IMG/VR virus record: IMGVR_UViG_3300046453_000179
Span: 3,125-67,124 of that record
Length of the DNA: 64,000 nt
Source of the DNA: a virus
Direction: 5' to 3' (one strand)
Shown one piece after another: positions 19,381-28,339 of the stretch. The notes beneath the pieces were generated by a model. That model was given only the letters and a program-made list of their open reading frames with translations, made no database searches and was not told the origin of the DNA. The translations under genes and the position numbers were made by a program. Numbering within the stretch: the first letter of the stretch is position 1; every line of letters starts with the position of its first letter.

Positions 19381-19400
19381 GTAGCGGTGCTGGTGGTGTG

Positions 19401-19772
19401 TTACTTCTTGACGGCGTCCGCTGCGGCCTTCTCGGCAGCCTTGGCAGCAGCCTTGTCGGCGGCAACCTTGTCCGCTGCGGCCTTCTCGGCGGCGACGCGC
19501 TCGTCGGCCAGGCGCTGGGCCTCGGCTTCATTGGCGCGGGCCTGTTCCGCCAGACGCTCGCGCTCAGCGTCCATTTCACGCTCGCGCGCCTGCAGTTGGT
19601 CGCGGGCTGCGAGCAACTCGGCCATGGTCGGTGCACGCTCGATGGCGCCCATGCCCTGGTCGGTGCCGTCGTCGTACAGCTCGTGCACGTCGGGGTTGAA
19701 GTCTGCCTTGTCGATGATGACGAACGGGCCCTGGGTGACCGGGTCGGTGGATTTGATTTTGATGGTTGGCAT
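19401..19772 (-). CDS. Capsid-associated small protein with Ala/Lys-rich tail
   Basis: QGPFVII.KADFNPDVHELYD motif, typically found after P22-type coat genes. Confidence 0.65.
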   Translation of the reverse strand: MPTIKIKSTDPVTQGPFVIIDKADFNPDVHELYDDGTDQGMGAIERAPTMAELLAARDQLQAREREMDAERERLAEQARANEAEAQRLADERVAAEKAAADKVAADKAAAKAAEKAAADAVKK

Positions 19773-19826
19773 TGCGTTCTCGCAGGTTGCCCGGCGCCGT
19801 ACTGGCCGCCGGGTGGTGTGGATGGT

Positions 19827-21182
19827 TTAGCCGCCGATCAGCAGACCGATGTGGCGTGGAGCGATGGCTTTCACGCCCCACGCCAAGTTGACCTCCCAGC
19901 GGACCGAGCGCTTGCCGCGATACAGGCAGAACTCGTAGGTGATGCCGGAATAAGGATCGCTGATAAGCACCACGTCATCCGCCGAGTCGCCGCCTTCTGG
20001 CATGGCTGGCGCGCGTGCAGCCAGCTGGATGGCCGAACGGTGGAAGAACATATTGCGCGTGGTCGCAGCAACCAGGGTCAGTGCGGTCGCAGCCGGTGCG
20101 ATGGCTTTTTGCAGGCCCGGCTCGGCGATGGTGATCGTGCCGCCGTTGGACACGTCGGTATCGCCACTCACGATCACATACTTCTCGGTGTCGCCAGCCA
20201 CGCCCAGAATATCACCCGCAACGACGTTGCCGGTACCAGCCGACGCGATGGTGATGACGGTGGCGCCGATGGCGTAGCCTGCATTGTTGGTCGTCGCGGA
20301 CGTTGCGGTGCCGGCCGGTACAGCCTTCTTGACCTGGCCCGAGTTGTGCAAGTCGAAGCCTTCTACTTCGCCGAGCGCGCCACGGCGCAGCAGGTCGCTG
20401 CTGCCAGCTTCGTTCACCTTGAACAAGCCCGACTGTTTGCCACGAATGTTCGCTACAGCCGACGAACCCAGTACCATGTGCAGGTCCGCCTGAGGCGCAC
20501 CATTATCGTCCAGAATCTTACGCGACTGAGCAAAGTCGCTCAAGTCGGCAGCAATACCGAACGGAGCGATATTGGCGGTGCCATATGCGCGCGAAGCGTA
20601 GATGTGCAGCGCCGCCAGGTCGGATTCCACTTCGTTGGTCAGCGTGCGGAACGCCTGGACGATGCTATCGCGGTTGATGGTGCCCAGCGTGCCGGCACTT
20701 TGCAGGCCGCGCGTTTCTTCACCGGTGATACCGAATGCCACCGAGCGCGCCTTCTGGATCGTCATCTGGACATTGTTAATGGAGCGACTCGGCGCCAGAT
20801 CGGCATATGCAGCAGCCTGCAAATCTTCGGCTACCATCGGGCCAACAACTGGCGACGTAACCACTTGTCCAACTGCGGCACGCTCGGCGCTGGAATCACG
20901 GGACACGGCCGGGATGAAGCCGACCAGCTCGCGCGAGACGGTATCCATGGCTTCGTAGATGGTCGGGATCAGACCGTTCAAGGTCAGGATGCCCAACTGC
21001 ATGCCGGAGGCCGACATGTGGTTTTGCAGGTGCGCGCGTGCGATCTCGGCGAATGCCTTGCCATACAGCTCGACCTTCTGCGCGGCCGGGCCGCCGACGC
21101 CGGTCACTTCAGCGAACAGTTTTGCCACAGGGGCCAGGGCCAGGACGAGCAGAGCCGCCACGGCGAAGAGAATCATCTTCAT
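19827..21182 (-). CDS. Major capsid protein (P22 coat gene-5 family) with N-terminal hydrophobic extension
   Basis: TL.GLIPTIYEA.D.VSRELVGFIPAV and LAWGVKAI.P.H motifs; SD GAAAGG upstream of 21182. Confidence 0.88.
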   Translation of the reverse strand: MKMILFAVAALLVLALAPVAKLFAEVTGVGGPAAQKVELYGKAFAEIARAHLQNHMSASGMQLGILTLNGLIPTIYEAMDTVSRELVGFIPAVSRDSSAERAAVGQVVTSPVVGPMVAEDLQAAAYADLAPSRSINNVQMTIQKARSVAFGITGEETRGLQSAGTLGTINRDSIVQAFRTLTNEVESDLAALHIYASRAYGTANIAPFGIAADLSDFAQSRKILDDNGAPQADLHMVLGSSAVANIRGKQSGLFKVNEAGSSDLLRRGALGEVEGFDLHNSGQVKKAVPAGTATSATTNNAGYAIGATVITIASAGTGNVVAGDILGVAGDTEKYVIVSGDTDVSNGGTITIAEPGLQKAIAPAATALTLVAATTRNMFFHRSAIQLAARAPAMPEGGDSADDVVLISDPYSGITYEFCLYRGKRSVRWEVNLAWGVKAIAPRHIGLLIGG

Positions 21183-21294
21183 GGAATTGCCTTTCAGTTG
21201 GTGTTTTGGGAGGTTTCACAGCAGCAGGCCATCCAGCCCAAAGCGCCAGCTTGCCCATCCAGGCGCCGGCAAAGTGTTGCGATGTTGCTTACAC

Positions 21295-21321
21295 AAAAAA
21301 GGCCCGCGAGAAGCAGGCCTT
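21295..21321 (-). terminator. Terminator between scaffold and coat genes
   Basis: AAGGCCTGC/GCGGGCCTT hairpin plus T-run. Confidence 0.65.
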
Positions 21322-21343
21322 CGGTTCGGGAGTCTTGCGGGCA

Positions 21344-22138
21344 TCATTCGCTGATCGTCGCGCCGCCTTTCATTGCGACAGCGCGTGCCGCGCCATCCAT
21401 GGCGTCGAACTGGGCGCGGGTGATGGATTTGGCGCCAGCAGCACCACCACCACCGCCGGCGGCGCCGCCACCCGAAGCACCAGAGCCTTTGAGGATCATG
21501 TCCTTATTGGCATACCCGTTGACCATCACCTGGATGGCTTCATCGAAATCGGCGTGATTGCCGTGGTTGGTGGCGGAAAAGATCGGCTGGCCGTTTTGAT
21601 CCATCGGCACGAGCTTGCCCGCCTCGACCTTGAACCGATCGCCGAATACTTTTTGGGCGATGTCGGCGGGGATGGCCAGCTTGTCGGCGATGAATTTGGA
21701 GCCGCTGAACGAACCGCCGATGATGTGGGTGTTCAATTCCGTTGTGCGCTGCGCCAGTTGGTCGCTGAGCTGCTTTTCCTTCTCCTGCGCGGCGCGGGTG
21801 GCGTTGGCCACGGCTTCCTGCGCGGACTTGGCGGCGGCGTCCTTGATCTCCTGCACCTTGGCGGCCGTGGTCAGGTCGCCGGCCTTGATGTTCTTGACGG
21901 TTTCCAGCGCAGCCAGCGCGGCCGGACCGTCTTCGATGCCTTCAAACGACTTCAGGCGCAGCTCAGCGGCTTCCTTGGCTTCACGGTGGCTCTTGGCCTC
22001 TCCGTTCAGGCGACCGATGGTGGCGACGGTACCGTCAGCATCGAATGGTGCTTCGCGGCCGTCCGAGTGCATGAAGATCGGCAGTTTCTTTTCGGCGTCC
22101 ACAGCGATGGTGCCGTCGGCATTGAATTTGAATGGCAT
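21344..22138 (-). CDS. Capsid scaffold protein (DUF6651-like)
   Basis: LNGEAKSHREAKE coiled coil, ADFDEAI motif, Gly-rich C-terminus; upstream of the coat gene. Confidence 0.8.
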   Translation of the reverse strand: MPFKFNADGTIAVDAEKKLPIFMHSDGREAPFDADGTVATIGRLNGEAKSHREAKEAAELRLKSFEGIEDGPAALAALETVKNIKAGDLTTAAKVQEIKDAAAKSAQEAVANATRAAQEKEKQLSDQLAQRTTELNTHIIGGSFSGSKFIADKLAIPADIAQKVFGDRFKVEAGKLVPMDQNGQPIFSATNHGNHADFDEAIQVMVNGYANKDMILKGSGASGGGAAGGGGGAAGAKSITRAQFDAMDGAARAVAMKGGATISE

Positions 22139-22210
22139 GGTCTAACTTTCCGGGCATCCGCCCTATCGATGGCCTTCCGGCCGTGCACCGCGTCGCGTCC
22201 GCTTGCGGCA

Positions 22211-22276
22211 TAAAAAACCGCCTCGAGGGCGGCTTGGTAAATCTTGGGGCGTAAAAAAACCCGCCGGAGCGGGTTG
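22211..22276 (-). terminator. Tandem pair of terminators
   Basis: Two GC hairpins each followed by a T-run on the minus strand (22211-22233, 22253-22275). Confidence 0.75.
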
Positions 22277-22294
22277 GTATGGTTTGCTGTCGAG

Positions 22295-22519
22295 CTATGC
22301 GGCGGCCACGCGTTCACCTTTGAGCAAGCAGCCCACGCAGATGATCTGCCGGGTGCCGCCCTTGAGCTTGCGCGCCTGGAGCATGGCACCAATGATCGTT
22401 TCAATGAACTCCCGGCCCTGGCAGCGCGGGCACTGCAGCATGTCAGCCGGCTTGCTGGCGCGCGAGGTGCGCGTCTTCGGCTTGTCCGGCGGGGGAGCAT
22501 CGGGAACGAGGTGCAGCAT
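22295..22519 (-). CDS. Small zinc-ribbon protein
   Basis: CPRC ... CVGC; TGATG overlap with the upstream ORF. Confidence 0.65.
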   Translation of the reverse strand: MLHLVPDAPPPDKPKTRTSRASKPADMLQCPRCQGREFIETIIGAMLQARKLKGGTRQIICVGCLLKGERVAAA

Positions 22520-22689
22520 CAGTCGGCCACGCGAGGATCGTTAGGCTCGAGCACGTCGCTCAGATCGCCATCGTAGAAGCAAATTTCATCGTCTGGCCGC
22601 ACGGCGGCGCGGGCGCACCAAACAGAATACCCCTTGCGCTCGACGATCACGTCGTCAATGTGCTTTTCCGGCCATTTTTGCAGTTCCAT
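22519..22689 (-). CDS. Small acidic protein (56 aa), candidate MuF immunity protein; not in the ORF track
   Basis: MELQKWPEKHIDDVIVERKGYSVWCARAAVRPDDEICFYDGDLSDVLEPNDPRVAD; ATG abuts the MuF stop and its stop overlaps the next ATG. Confidence 0.6.
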   Translation of the reverse strand: MELQKWPEKHIDDVIVERKGYSVWCARAAVRPDDEICFYDGDLSDVLEPNDPRVAD

Positions 22690-24291
22690 CTACGAATTCT
22701 CCCTGGTGTACCGCATACCGAGCTGCTTCGCCACTCGCTCCCACAGAACGTGGGCGGTTTCGGCGGCTTTGAACTTTGCTTGCAACTCGCCGCCAGTGAC
22801 ACGATTGTGCACGTCCAGCTTAGCGTGCTCCAACTCAGCATTATAAGCCTTTCGGATCTCGCCAACGCCTGGCCATTGTTTGCCGGGCATCATACTGAAG
22901 CGCTGCAACGGCGTTACAGCGCGCAACTCCGCAAGATTGAGGTCGGCGGAGTTTGCCACGTCGGCCAGCGAGAATGACGTGCCGCCTGGGTGATTGTGCG
23001 TGAATACCGCGCCTTCGACGCCTTGCAACTCCGCTCCCCTGAACGTTACCTTATCCGGCAGGCCTTGGCGCTGCACCAGCACTCTGCCATCAGCCGCGAC
23101 GAAGGCTCCCGTCTCCAGCTTGTCGTGCCGGATCCTTTCTTCGATGGTCACAGCCTGCTGGCGCGCCGGCGTGGATGTGTCGGGCAGTGTGCGCGGCCAG
23201 GTCGAATCGTAGACGGTAAATTCACCGGGCGGCTGCTTGAACGCGGCAGCGTCGCGCGCGCGTAGTTCCTTGAGTGAGGCCATGCGGCCACGGTCGTTTG
23301 TAAAGTCCTTCACGTCGAACTTGCCGGCACGGTACAGGTCGCCGCGCGCCGGGCCGATGACCTGGTCCTGCACCTCGGTGCTCTGCCGCTTGAACCAGTC
23401 CGCATAGGTCAAGTTCGCGTCGACCGGCCCGCCGGCAGCCGAGCGCGAACCGTACAGCGTCTTCTGGCCCTTGAGCAGCGCGATCGACGACGAGCGGCAG
23501 CACCAGTGGATGCGGCCCGGACCGGCGCGCCAGGGGATGTTGTGTCCCACTGGCTTGTGATCGACCTTCGTGTACAGCAGATGGTCGCGGGCGCGGCACT
23601 CTGGACTGGTACGACCGTCCAGCGTGCTCACCCACATCTCGTCGCCCAGGATGTCGTCGTTTTCGTCAACGAACCGCGTGCGCGTGATCTGGGCGGTGTG
23701 GCTCAGGGCCGTGCGCACCACCGCGTCAACCTCGCGGCGGCTGGTGTCCAGCAGGCCGTCTGCGTAGTTCAGTGCCTTCGTGCCGCGAATCTCGCGCACG
23801 ATGTCGCCTGTAGTCTTGCCCTGGGTGTAGCCCACGGCGATCGTATCCTTGACGCGCTGGAGGCGGCTGGCGGAGAGGTTCGAAGCCCACTCTTTCAGCA
23901 GCCTACCCTGCATTGGCTGCGCCATGGCTGCCGCGTAGACCTGCTCAGGTACCACGCTGGCGATGCTGAACGTGGCTGGCACGACGTGGCGATAAAGATC
24001 GTACTGAAATTGCCCCTCGTACTCAACGTACGCCTGGAGCTCTTCCTGCATGCCGCCGTAAAGCGCGGCATAGGCCTGGGCGTTCACCTCACGCACGCTG
24101 GCCAGCAGCTTGTCCAGGCGCTGGACCTTGAATGAGTCCGCGTCCATATCCTCCAGCGCCGCATTCAGGGCGCCGATCATGTCGGCATCGGACAGATTCA
24201 AGATCCGGATCATCTTCGCCAGCACGTAGTTGCCGTACTGGGTCATGTTCACTTGGTGGCGGACTGTGTGGTCGAGCAGCGGATCGATCAT
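22690..24291 (-). CDS. MuF/SPP1 gp7-like minor head protein with C-terminal JAB/MPN-like extension
   Basis: WVSTLDGRTSPEC and H.CCRS MuF motifs; then E...FTHNHPGGTSFS..D. Confidence 0.8.
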   Translation of the reverse strand: MIDPLLDHTVRHQVNMTQYGNYVLAKMIRILNLSDADMIGALNAALEDMDADSFKVQRLDKLLASVREVNAQAYAALYGGMQEELQAYVEYEGQFQYDLYRHVVPATFSIASVVPEQVYAAAMAQPMQGRLLKEWASNLSASRLQRVKDTIAVGYTQGKTTGDIVREIRGTKALNYADGLLDTSRREVDAVVRTALSHTAQITRTRFVDENDDILGDEMWVSTLDGRTSPECRARDHLLYTKVDHKPVGHNIPWRAGPGRIHWCCRSSSIALLKGQKTLYGSRSAAGGPVDANLTYADWFKRQSTEVQDQVIGPARGDLYRAGKFDVKDFTNDRGRMASLKELRARDAAAFKQPPGEFTVYDSTWPRTLPDTSTPARQQAVTIEERIRHDKLETGAFVAADGRVLVQRQGLPDKVTFRGAELQGVEGAVFTHNHPGGTSFSLADVANSADLNLAELRAVTPLQRFSMMPGKQWPGVGEIRKAYNAELEHAKLDVHNRVTGGELQAKFKAAETAHVLWERVAKQLGMRYTRENS

Positions 24292-25718
24292 GGCGCCTCG
24301 GGGTCAGCTTTCGGCTTTGGTTTCGGCACCGGCGGCGCATCGTCCATCGTGCCCAGGGCCGGGCCCTGCGCGTCGATGCGCCCTTGCTCTTCCGCCCAAA
24401 CAGCGTCGGGGCGAATGATGCCGCGCCGCTGCAATTCGCCGTACAGCGATTCGTTGGACAGCTTGCCGGCCTGATTGACTTTGAGCAGCAGCTCGGCGCT
24501 GGCCTCGGCCAAGGTGGCGGCACCGAAGTCCTTAAACACGGTGATATGGCCGCCTTCGGCCTCACCCACCCATTCGGCCATGAACTGCAGCGCCTGGTCG
24601 CCCGAGTCCTCGATGTTCTCCGCGACCTTTTGCAGCGCGCAGGCGCCCTGCTCGTTGTCGGCCAAGGTCTGGGTCTCGGTTACGTTGCCAGGCTTGATGA
24701 CCAGCAGCTCTGCGCCCGCCTGGCGCATGCGGTCTTCGAGGTCGAGGATGGAAAGGCGACCCGCCTCGATCGCAGCGCCCGTGTGTTCCACGAACTTGAG
24801 GTCAGCGTCGGGGCGGTCGCTCTTGATCATGGTGCCTGCACCGACCGTGACGGAGGTATCGGCGTCCAACCCTTTGCCAAACAGGATCGGCACACGGGCG
24901 ACGTGCAGGATGTTCTGCTGGTCGCTCTTGCTCTGCCAGTGCTCGACGTTGGCGTAAGCCAGCTCGAGCAGTGCCGGACGGGCCCGCATGAAGCCCAGGC
25001 GGTTGCCATAGACCGGAACGAACGGGATGTCTTTGACGGTAGTGACGCCGTTATCGTGCGGCGCCCAGTCGTCCTGCTTATTTCCGCCCTCAACCTTGCG
25101 CCAAGTGGCCCAGGCGCCGCGCGTAAGTACGCGGACCTGCTCAACTTCCTTCGTCGCGAATTCACCGTCTTCCTCGGTGGCGGTTTCCAACAGTCGCAGC
25201 TGCTTGAGCCCATCCTTATCGGTAAGCCAACCCAAAGTGTTCTTCGGATGAATCTGCACGAAATACGGACGGACACCGGCTGCATCCTCGGCGGCCTTGG
25301 TCACGTACAGCGCCTTGCCGTCCTTGTCTTGGGTCGGTGGGTAGTCTACGAGGATGCCCGAGAATCCGTAGCCCAGGGCCTCCTGGCCGACCTCAGCGAG
25401 GAAGGCATGCAGGTTGCGGCCTTGGCGGTCGACATCCTCCAGCCACGGATGCAACTTCTTCGGCACGTCCTTGCCCAGTGTGACCGGCTTGCTGAACGGC
25501 TTGGCGCCCAGCACCTCGATCGTGCGCTGGTAGGCTGGAAACAGCGTTGCCACCTTCAGGCGCGTCTCGTACGATTCTTTATCTTCCGCCGGCCAGCGCG
25601 GCATGTATTCGACCGCAAGCCGCATGGCCTTGGTGCCGCCCAGCAGCGCGTCGATCAAGGCGCAATGCTCGTTCAGCGCGTCGGCCTCGGGTGAGCGATT
25701 GCGTACTGGGTGGGTCAT
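24288..25718 (-). CDS. Portal protein (DUF4055 family)
   Basis: LLGGT.AMR, IPFVPVY and LA..NV.HWQ..SDQ motifs. Confidence 0.88.
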   Translation of the reverse strand: MTHPVRNRSPEADALNEHCALIDALLGGTKAMRLAVEYMPRWPAEDKESYETRLKVATLFPAYQRTIEVLGAKPFSKPVTLGKDVPKKLHPWLEDVDRQGRNLHAFLAEVGQEALGYGFSGILVDYPPTQDKDGKALYVTKAAEDAAGVRPYFVQIHPKNTLGWLTDKDGLKQLRLLETATEEDGEFATKEVEQVRVLTRGAWATWRKVEGGNKQDDWAPHDNGVTTVKDIPFVPVYGNRLGFMRARPALLELAYANVEHWQSKSDQQNILHVARVPILFGKGLDADTSVTVGAGTMIKSDRPDADLKFVEHTGAAIEAGRLSILDLEDRMRQAGAELLVIKPGNVTETQTLADNEQGACALQKVAENIEDSGDQALQFMAEWVGEAEGGHITVFKDFGAATLAEASAELLLKVNQAGKLSNESLYGELQRRGIIRPDAVWAEEQGRIDAQGPALGTMDDAPPVPKPKPKADPEAP

Positions 25719-25732
25719 GGGAATCCTTGCTG

Positions 25733-27019
25733 TTACACGCGCAGCGGCGACACGGTGGTCTCGCGCTTCACGATTGGGTACCGCTTCACGATGAAGTAGC
25801 CGTTGGCGTCGTTCGGGTGGTCGTGGCCGGACTTCTTGTCAGGCTGGCCGTCGGCGCCCCACACCTGCTGCTCGAGCGCCTCGGTGGTGGTCGGGCACAG
25901 GTCGGTGTTGATCTTCCACTGGCGCTCGCCGGCGGCGTTCAGGATCATCGCGTTGTAGGCGTTGACCCGGTCCTTCACGGCCGGGTTGGTGTGGTTCACC
26001 TCCAACTGGAAGCCAGCGGCGCGCAGAATCGACAGATCCGATTCGCTGGCGTTCTTGCTGCTGGTGTTCTGGCCGGAGGCATCCGGGTAAATCTTGACCT
26101 GGTGGCCCTTGTTGGCGAAGTCCTCTTTCAGGATCCGGGCCATGGCTGGCGTGTCGCGCACCTTCACGCGCTCGGCCAGCGTGAGCGGCATGCCCTCGCG
26201 GACCACGTTGATGCAGGCGGTCATGTTCTGCACGTTGAAGTCGAGGCCCACCTGCAGCGGCTCGCCCGGCAGGATGATCGCCGTACTGCGGTTCTTGATG
26301 CGGTCGAAATCGGGATAGACTGAGCCGCTGGTCAAGTTGGTGAACTTGCCGCGCAGGTAGGCGTCGATCAGCGCCGGCGGGTAGCTGGCCAGCAGCGACG
26401 GAATGTAGTCGGCTGGCAGGTTGAGCTCGTTGTCGAACGTGCTGGCCTGGATCAGGCCGTACAGTGCCGCCAGCTCGGGCTTGTCGCGTACGGCCTTCAC
26501 GAACTGCGCGTAGACGAATTTAAAGCCCTCCGGCGTGGTCGTCACGTCGATGCCGTTTAACAGGCCCGGCACGTTGTAGCGCATCCGCGCGATGATCTTG
26601 CGCCAGGCCGTCTCGGCCTTCTTCATCGGCATCACGTCGAGCTCGTCGATCAGCGCGTGGCCGATCTTGAAGCCCACGATGGTCTCAGGCTTCTCCATCG
26701 AACGGCAAATGACCGTGCCGCGATACAGCCGGCCCTCGTACACCTCGACCTCGTGGTCGCCCTGCTTGACCTTGATCTTCAGGCCCATCGCATAGGCCAC
26801 CTCCTCCATCGTGGGATAGAAGATGTCGCGAATCTGCGGATAGGTCGGTGCGAAATAGCCCTGGCTGATGCCCGGCCACTGCCAGAAGTGCATGCAGATG
26901 CCCACGCAGCCCACGAACGTCTTGCCCGAGCCGAAGCCGGCCACGTACGCTTTGTACTTATGCGGCAGGTTGAGAAAGTTCGCCTGTGGGATGTTCAGTT
27001 CGAGTGCTGGTGTCGTCAT
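25733..27019 (-). CDS. Terminase large subunit
   Basis: Walker A AGFGSGKT, Walker B LIDELD, nuclease GLDFN and DHPNDA motifs. Confidence 0.93.
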   Translation of the reverse strand: MTTPALELNIPQANFLNLPHKYKAYVAGFGSGKTFVGCVGICMHFWQWPGISQGYFAPTYPQIRDIFYPTMEEVAYAMGLKIKVKQGDHEVEVYEGRLYRGTVICRSMEKPETIVGFKIGHALIDELDVMPMKKAETAWRKIIARMRYNVPGLLNGIDVTTTPEGFKFVYAQFVKAVRDKPELAALYGLIQASTFDNELNLPADYIPSLLASYPPALIDAYLRGKFTNLTSGSVYPDFDRIKNRSTAIILPGEPLQVGLDFNVQNMTACINVVREGMPLTLAERVKVRDTPAMARILKEDFANKGHQVKIYPDASGQNTSSKNASESDLSILRAAGFQLEVNHTNPAVKDRVNAYNAMILNAAGERQWKINTDLCPTTTEALEQQVWGADGQPDKKSGHDHPNDANGYFIVKRYPIVKRETTVSPLRV

Positions 27020-27548
27020 GCCGCGCGGCGTCCTTAACGCCGATCACGATCTGCACCGGTGTCGGTTTGTCGTCTTCGGGCTTGATGTCCTTGGTGGCCT
27101 TGATCAGGTCCAGGCCGATCTCGGCGGCGCCATTGGCAAGGCGGGTAAGCGCACCGATGTCGCTCAAGGCAACGCGGCTCGCATCGTCCATCGGCTTGGC
27201 GTCATCGATCTCGTTCACCTTGGCGTGGGCAATGCCCGACAACCGGTGCGCGGTCGCAGCGCCATATCGTGCGGCCCCGGCCAGGTGCATCGAGATTTCC
27301 TTGAGTTCGTCGGCCAAGGTGCGCGCCTGAATTTGCGCACTAATCGGAAGTGCGCGGAAGGCTGTCTCTGCTGCAACCAATTGATTTGCAACATCTTTTA
27401 CCTGCTTCGTCTGCGCACCACAGCGTTTGCGTATGGCCGCTTCGGAGATATCGAATTCGCGGGCGAGGGCTCTGCCCTTCTCCCCTGCAAGGAGGCGTCG
27501 CTCGATCTCCGACCACTGCTTTTCTGTCAGGGATGATTTGCGCCCCAT
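26958..27548 (-). CDS. Terminase small subunit
   Basis: N-terminal HTH (RALAREFDISEAAIRKR), immediately upstream of the large subunit. Confidence 0.75.
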   Translation of the reverse strand: MGRKSSLTEKQWSEIERRLLAGEKGRALAREFDISEAAIRKRCGAQTKQVKDVANQLVAAETAFRALPISAQIQARTLADELKEISMHLAGAARYGAATAHRLSGIAHAKVNEIDDAKPMDDASRVALSDIGALTRLANGAAEIGLDLIKATKDIKPEDDKPTPVQIVIGVKDAARHDDTSTRTEHPTGELSQPAA

Positions 27549-27574
27549 GGCTACCTCTGTTTCTGTTCCCTACC

Positions 27575-27820
27575 TTATTGAGCGTCTACCGCCAGCATCA
27601 CCGGCGGCATGGTCGAGCCGATCACCCACAGGGCAATCGAGCCGCCGCCAGCCAGGATGGCCAGCTCGTTCTCAGACGGCTTCCAGTAGCTCACCACGGC
27701 GGGGATGCCGTCGCACTCGGTGCGGGTGATGGGCAGCGCACTGCATGGCAAATGCGCCTGATCCCAGCCCTTCGGCGCGCCCAGCACGTCGTTGTTGGTG
27801 TGGTGCTGATGCTTGTTCAT
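27575..27820 (-). CDS. Conserved phage hypothetical protein
   Basis: LGAP.GWD...C..LP and VVSYWKPS motifs; SD AGGA. Confidence 0.65.
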   Translation of the reverse strand: MNKHQHHTNNDVLGAPKGWDQAHLPCSALPITRTECDGIPAVVSYWKPSENELAILAGGGSIALWVIGSTMPPVMLAVDAQ

Positions 27821-27829
27821 ACGAGATCC

Positions 27830-28260
27830 TGGTCTGAGGCTGACGATTGCTGAGGTGGCCTATACCAGAAGTCGGAAAGGTGCTTAGCTCAGCATCGCAC
27901 ATTACTGACTTTGTCGCCGCCCGCTCCAGGCTGGGGCCGCAGGGCGCGATGTTCTGTACCCGGCGGCCGGACCCACCTGGTCATGTTTCGTCGGCGATCT
28001 GCACCCGCTTTTGCAAGCCCTGCCGCTGGAGTGCGATGGCAGGTACGCGCCCTATCTTATGTGTACGGCCGGTTTGGCCGCACGGATTCAGTTCGTTGGG
28101 TGGCTGGTACAGGCACGTGGCGCCGTACGTTGATTAGACCCTAGGCGCGTACAGCAACGGTTTCATACGCCGCTACTGATGAAAGAATTGCCGCTGTTAC
28201 GTCGGCATCTGGGGCGAATGCATCACCATTCGCTTGGAAAGGTCTGCTCAGGCAAGCGCG
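27830..28260 (-). ncRNA. Candidate structured RNA in the late leader
   Basis: No convincing ORF; nested helices whose G-U pairs favour the minus strand. Confidence 0.35.
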
Positions 28261-28339
28261 CGTCCTACGCCAGCGCGGCGCGAATGTGGCTTACAGATCT
28301 GCGCGCCTTGACGCAAGATTGCGGTCTCAACACAAAAAG

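Noticed and set aside
19410-19500. Repeats such as GCGGCCTTCTCGGC
   Set aside because: Coding AAEK/AADK low-complexity sequence
19188-21557. 789-aa plus-strand ORF, and similar long ORFs at 34765-36852 (+), 40683-42338 (+) and 53356-55686 (-)
   Set aside because: Antisense shadows of well-supported genes, expected in high-GC DNA; no motifs
28176-28240. CTGATGA ... GAAA resembling a hammerhead ribozyme core
   Set aside because: No correctly placed stems II/III or cleavage triplet, and the structure favours the other strand
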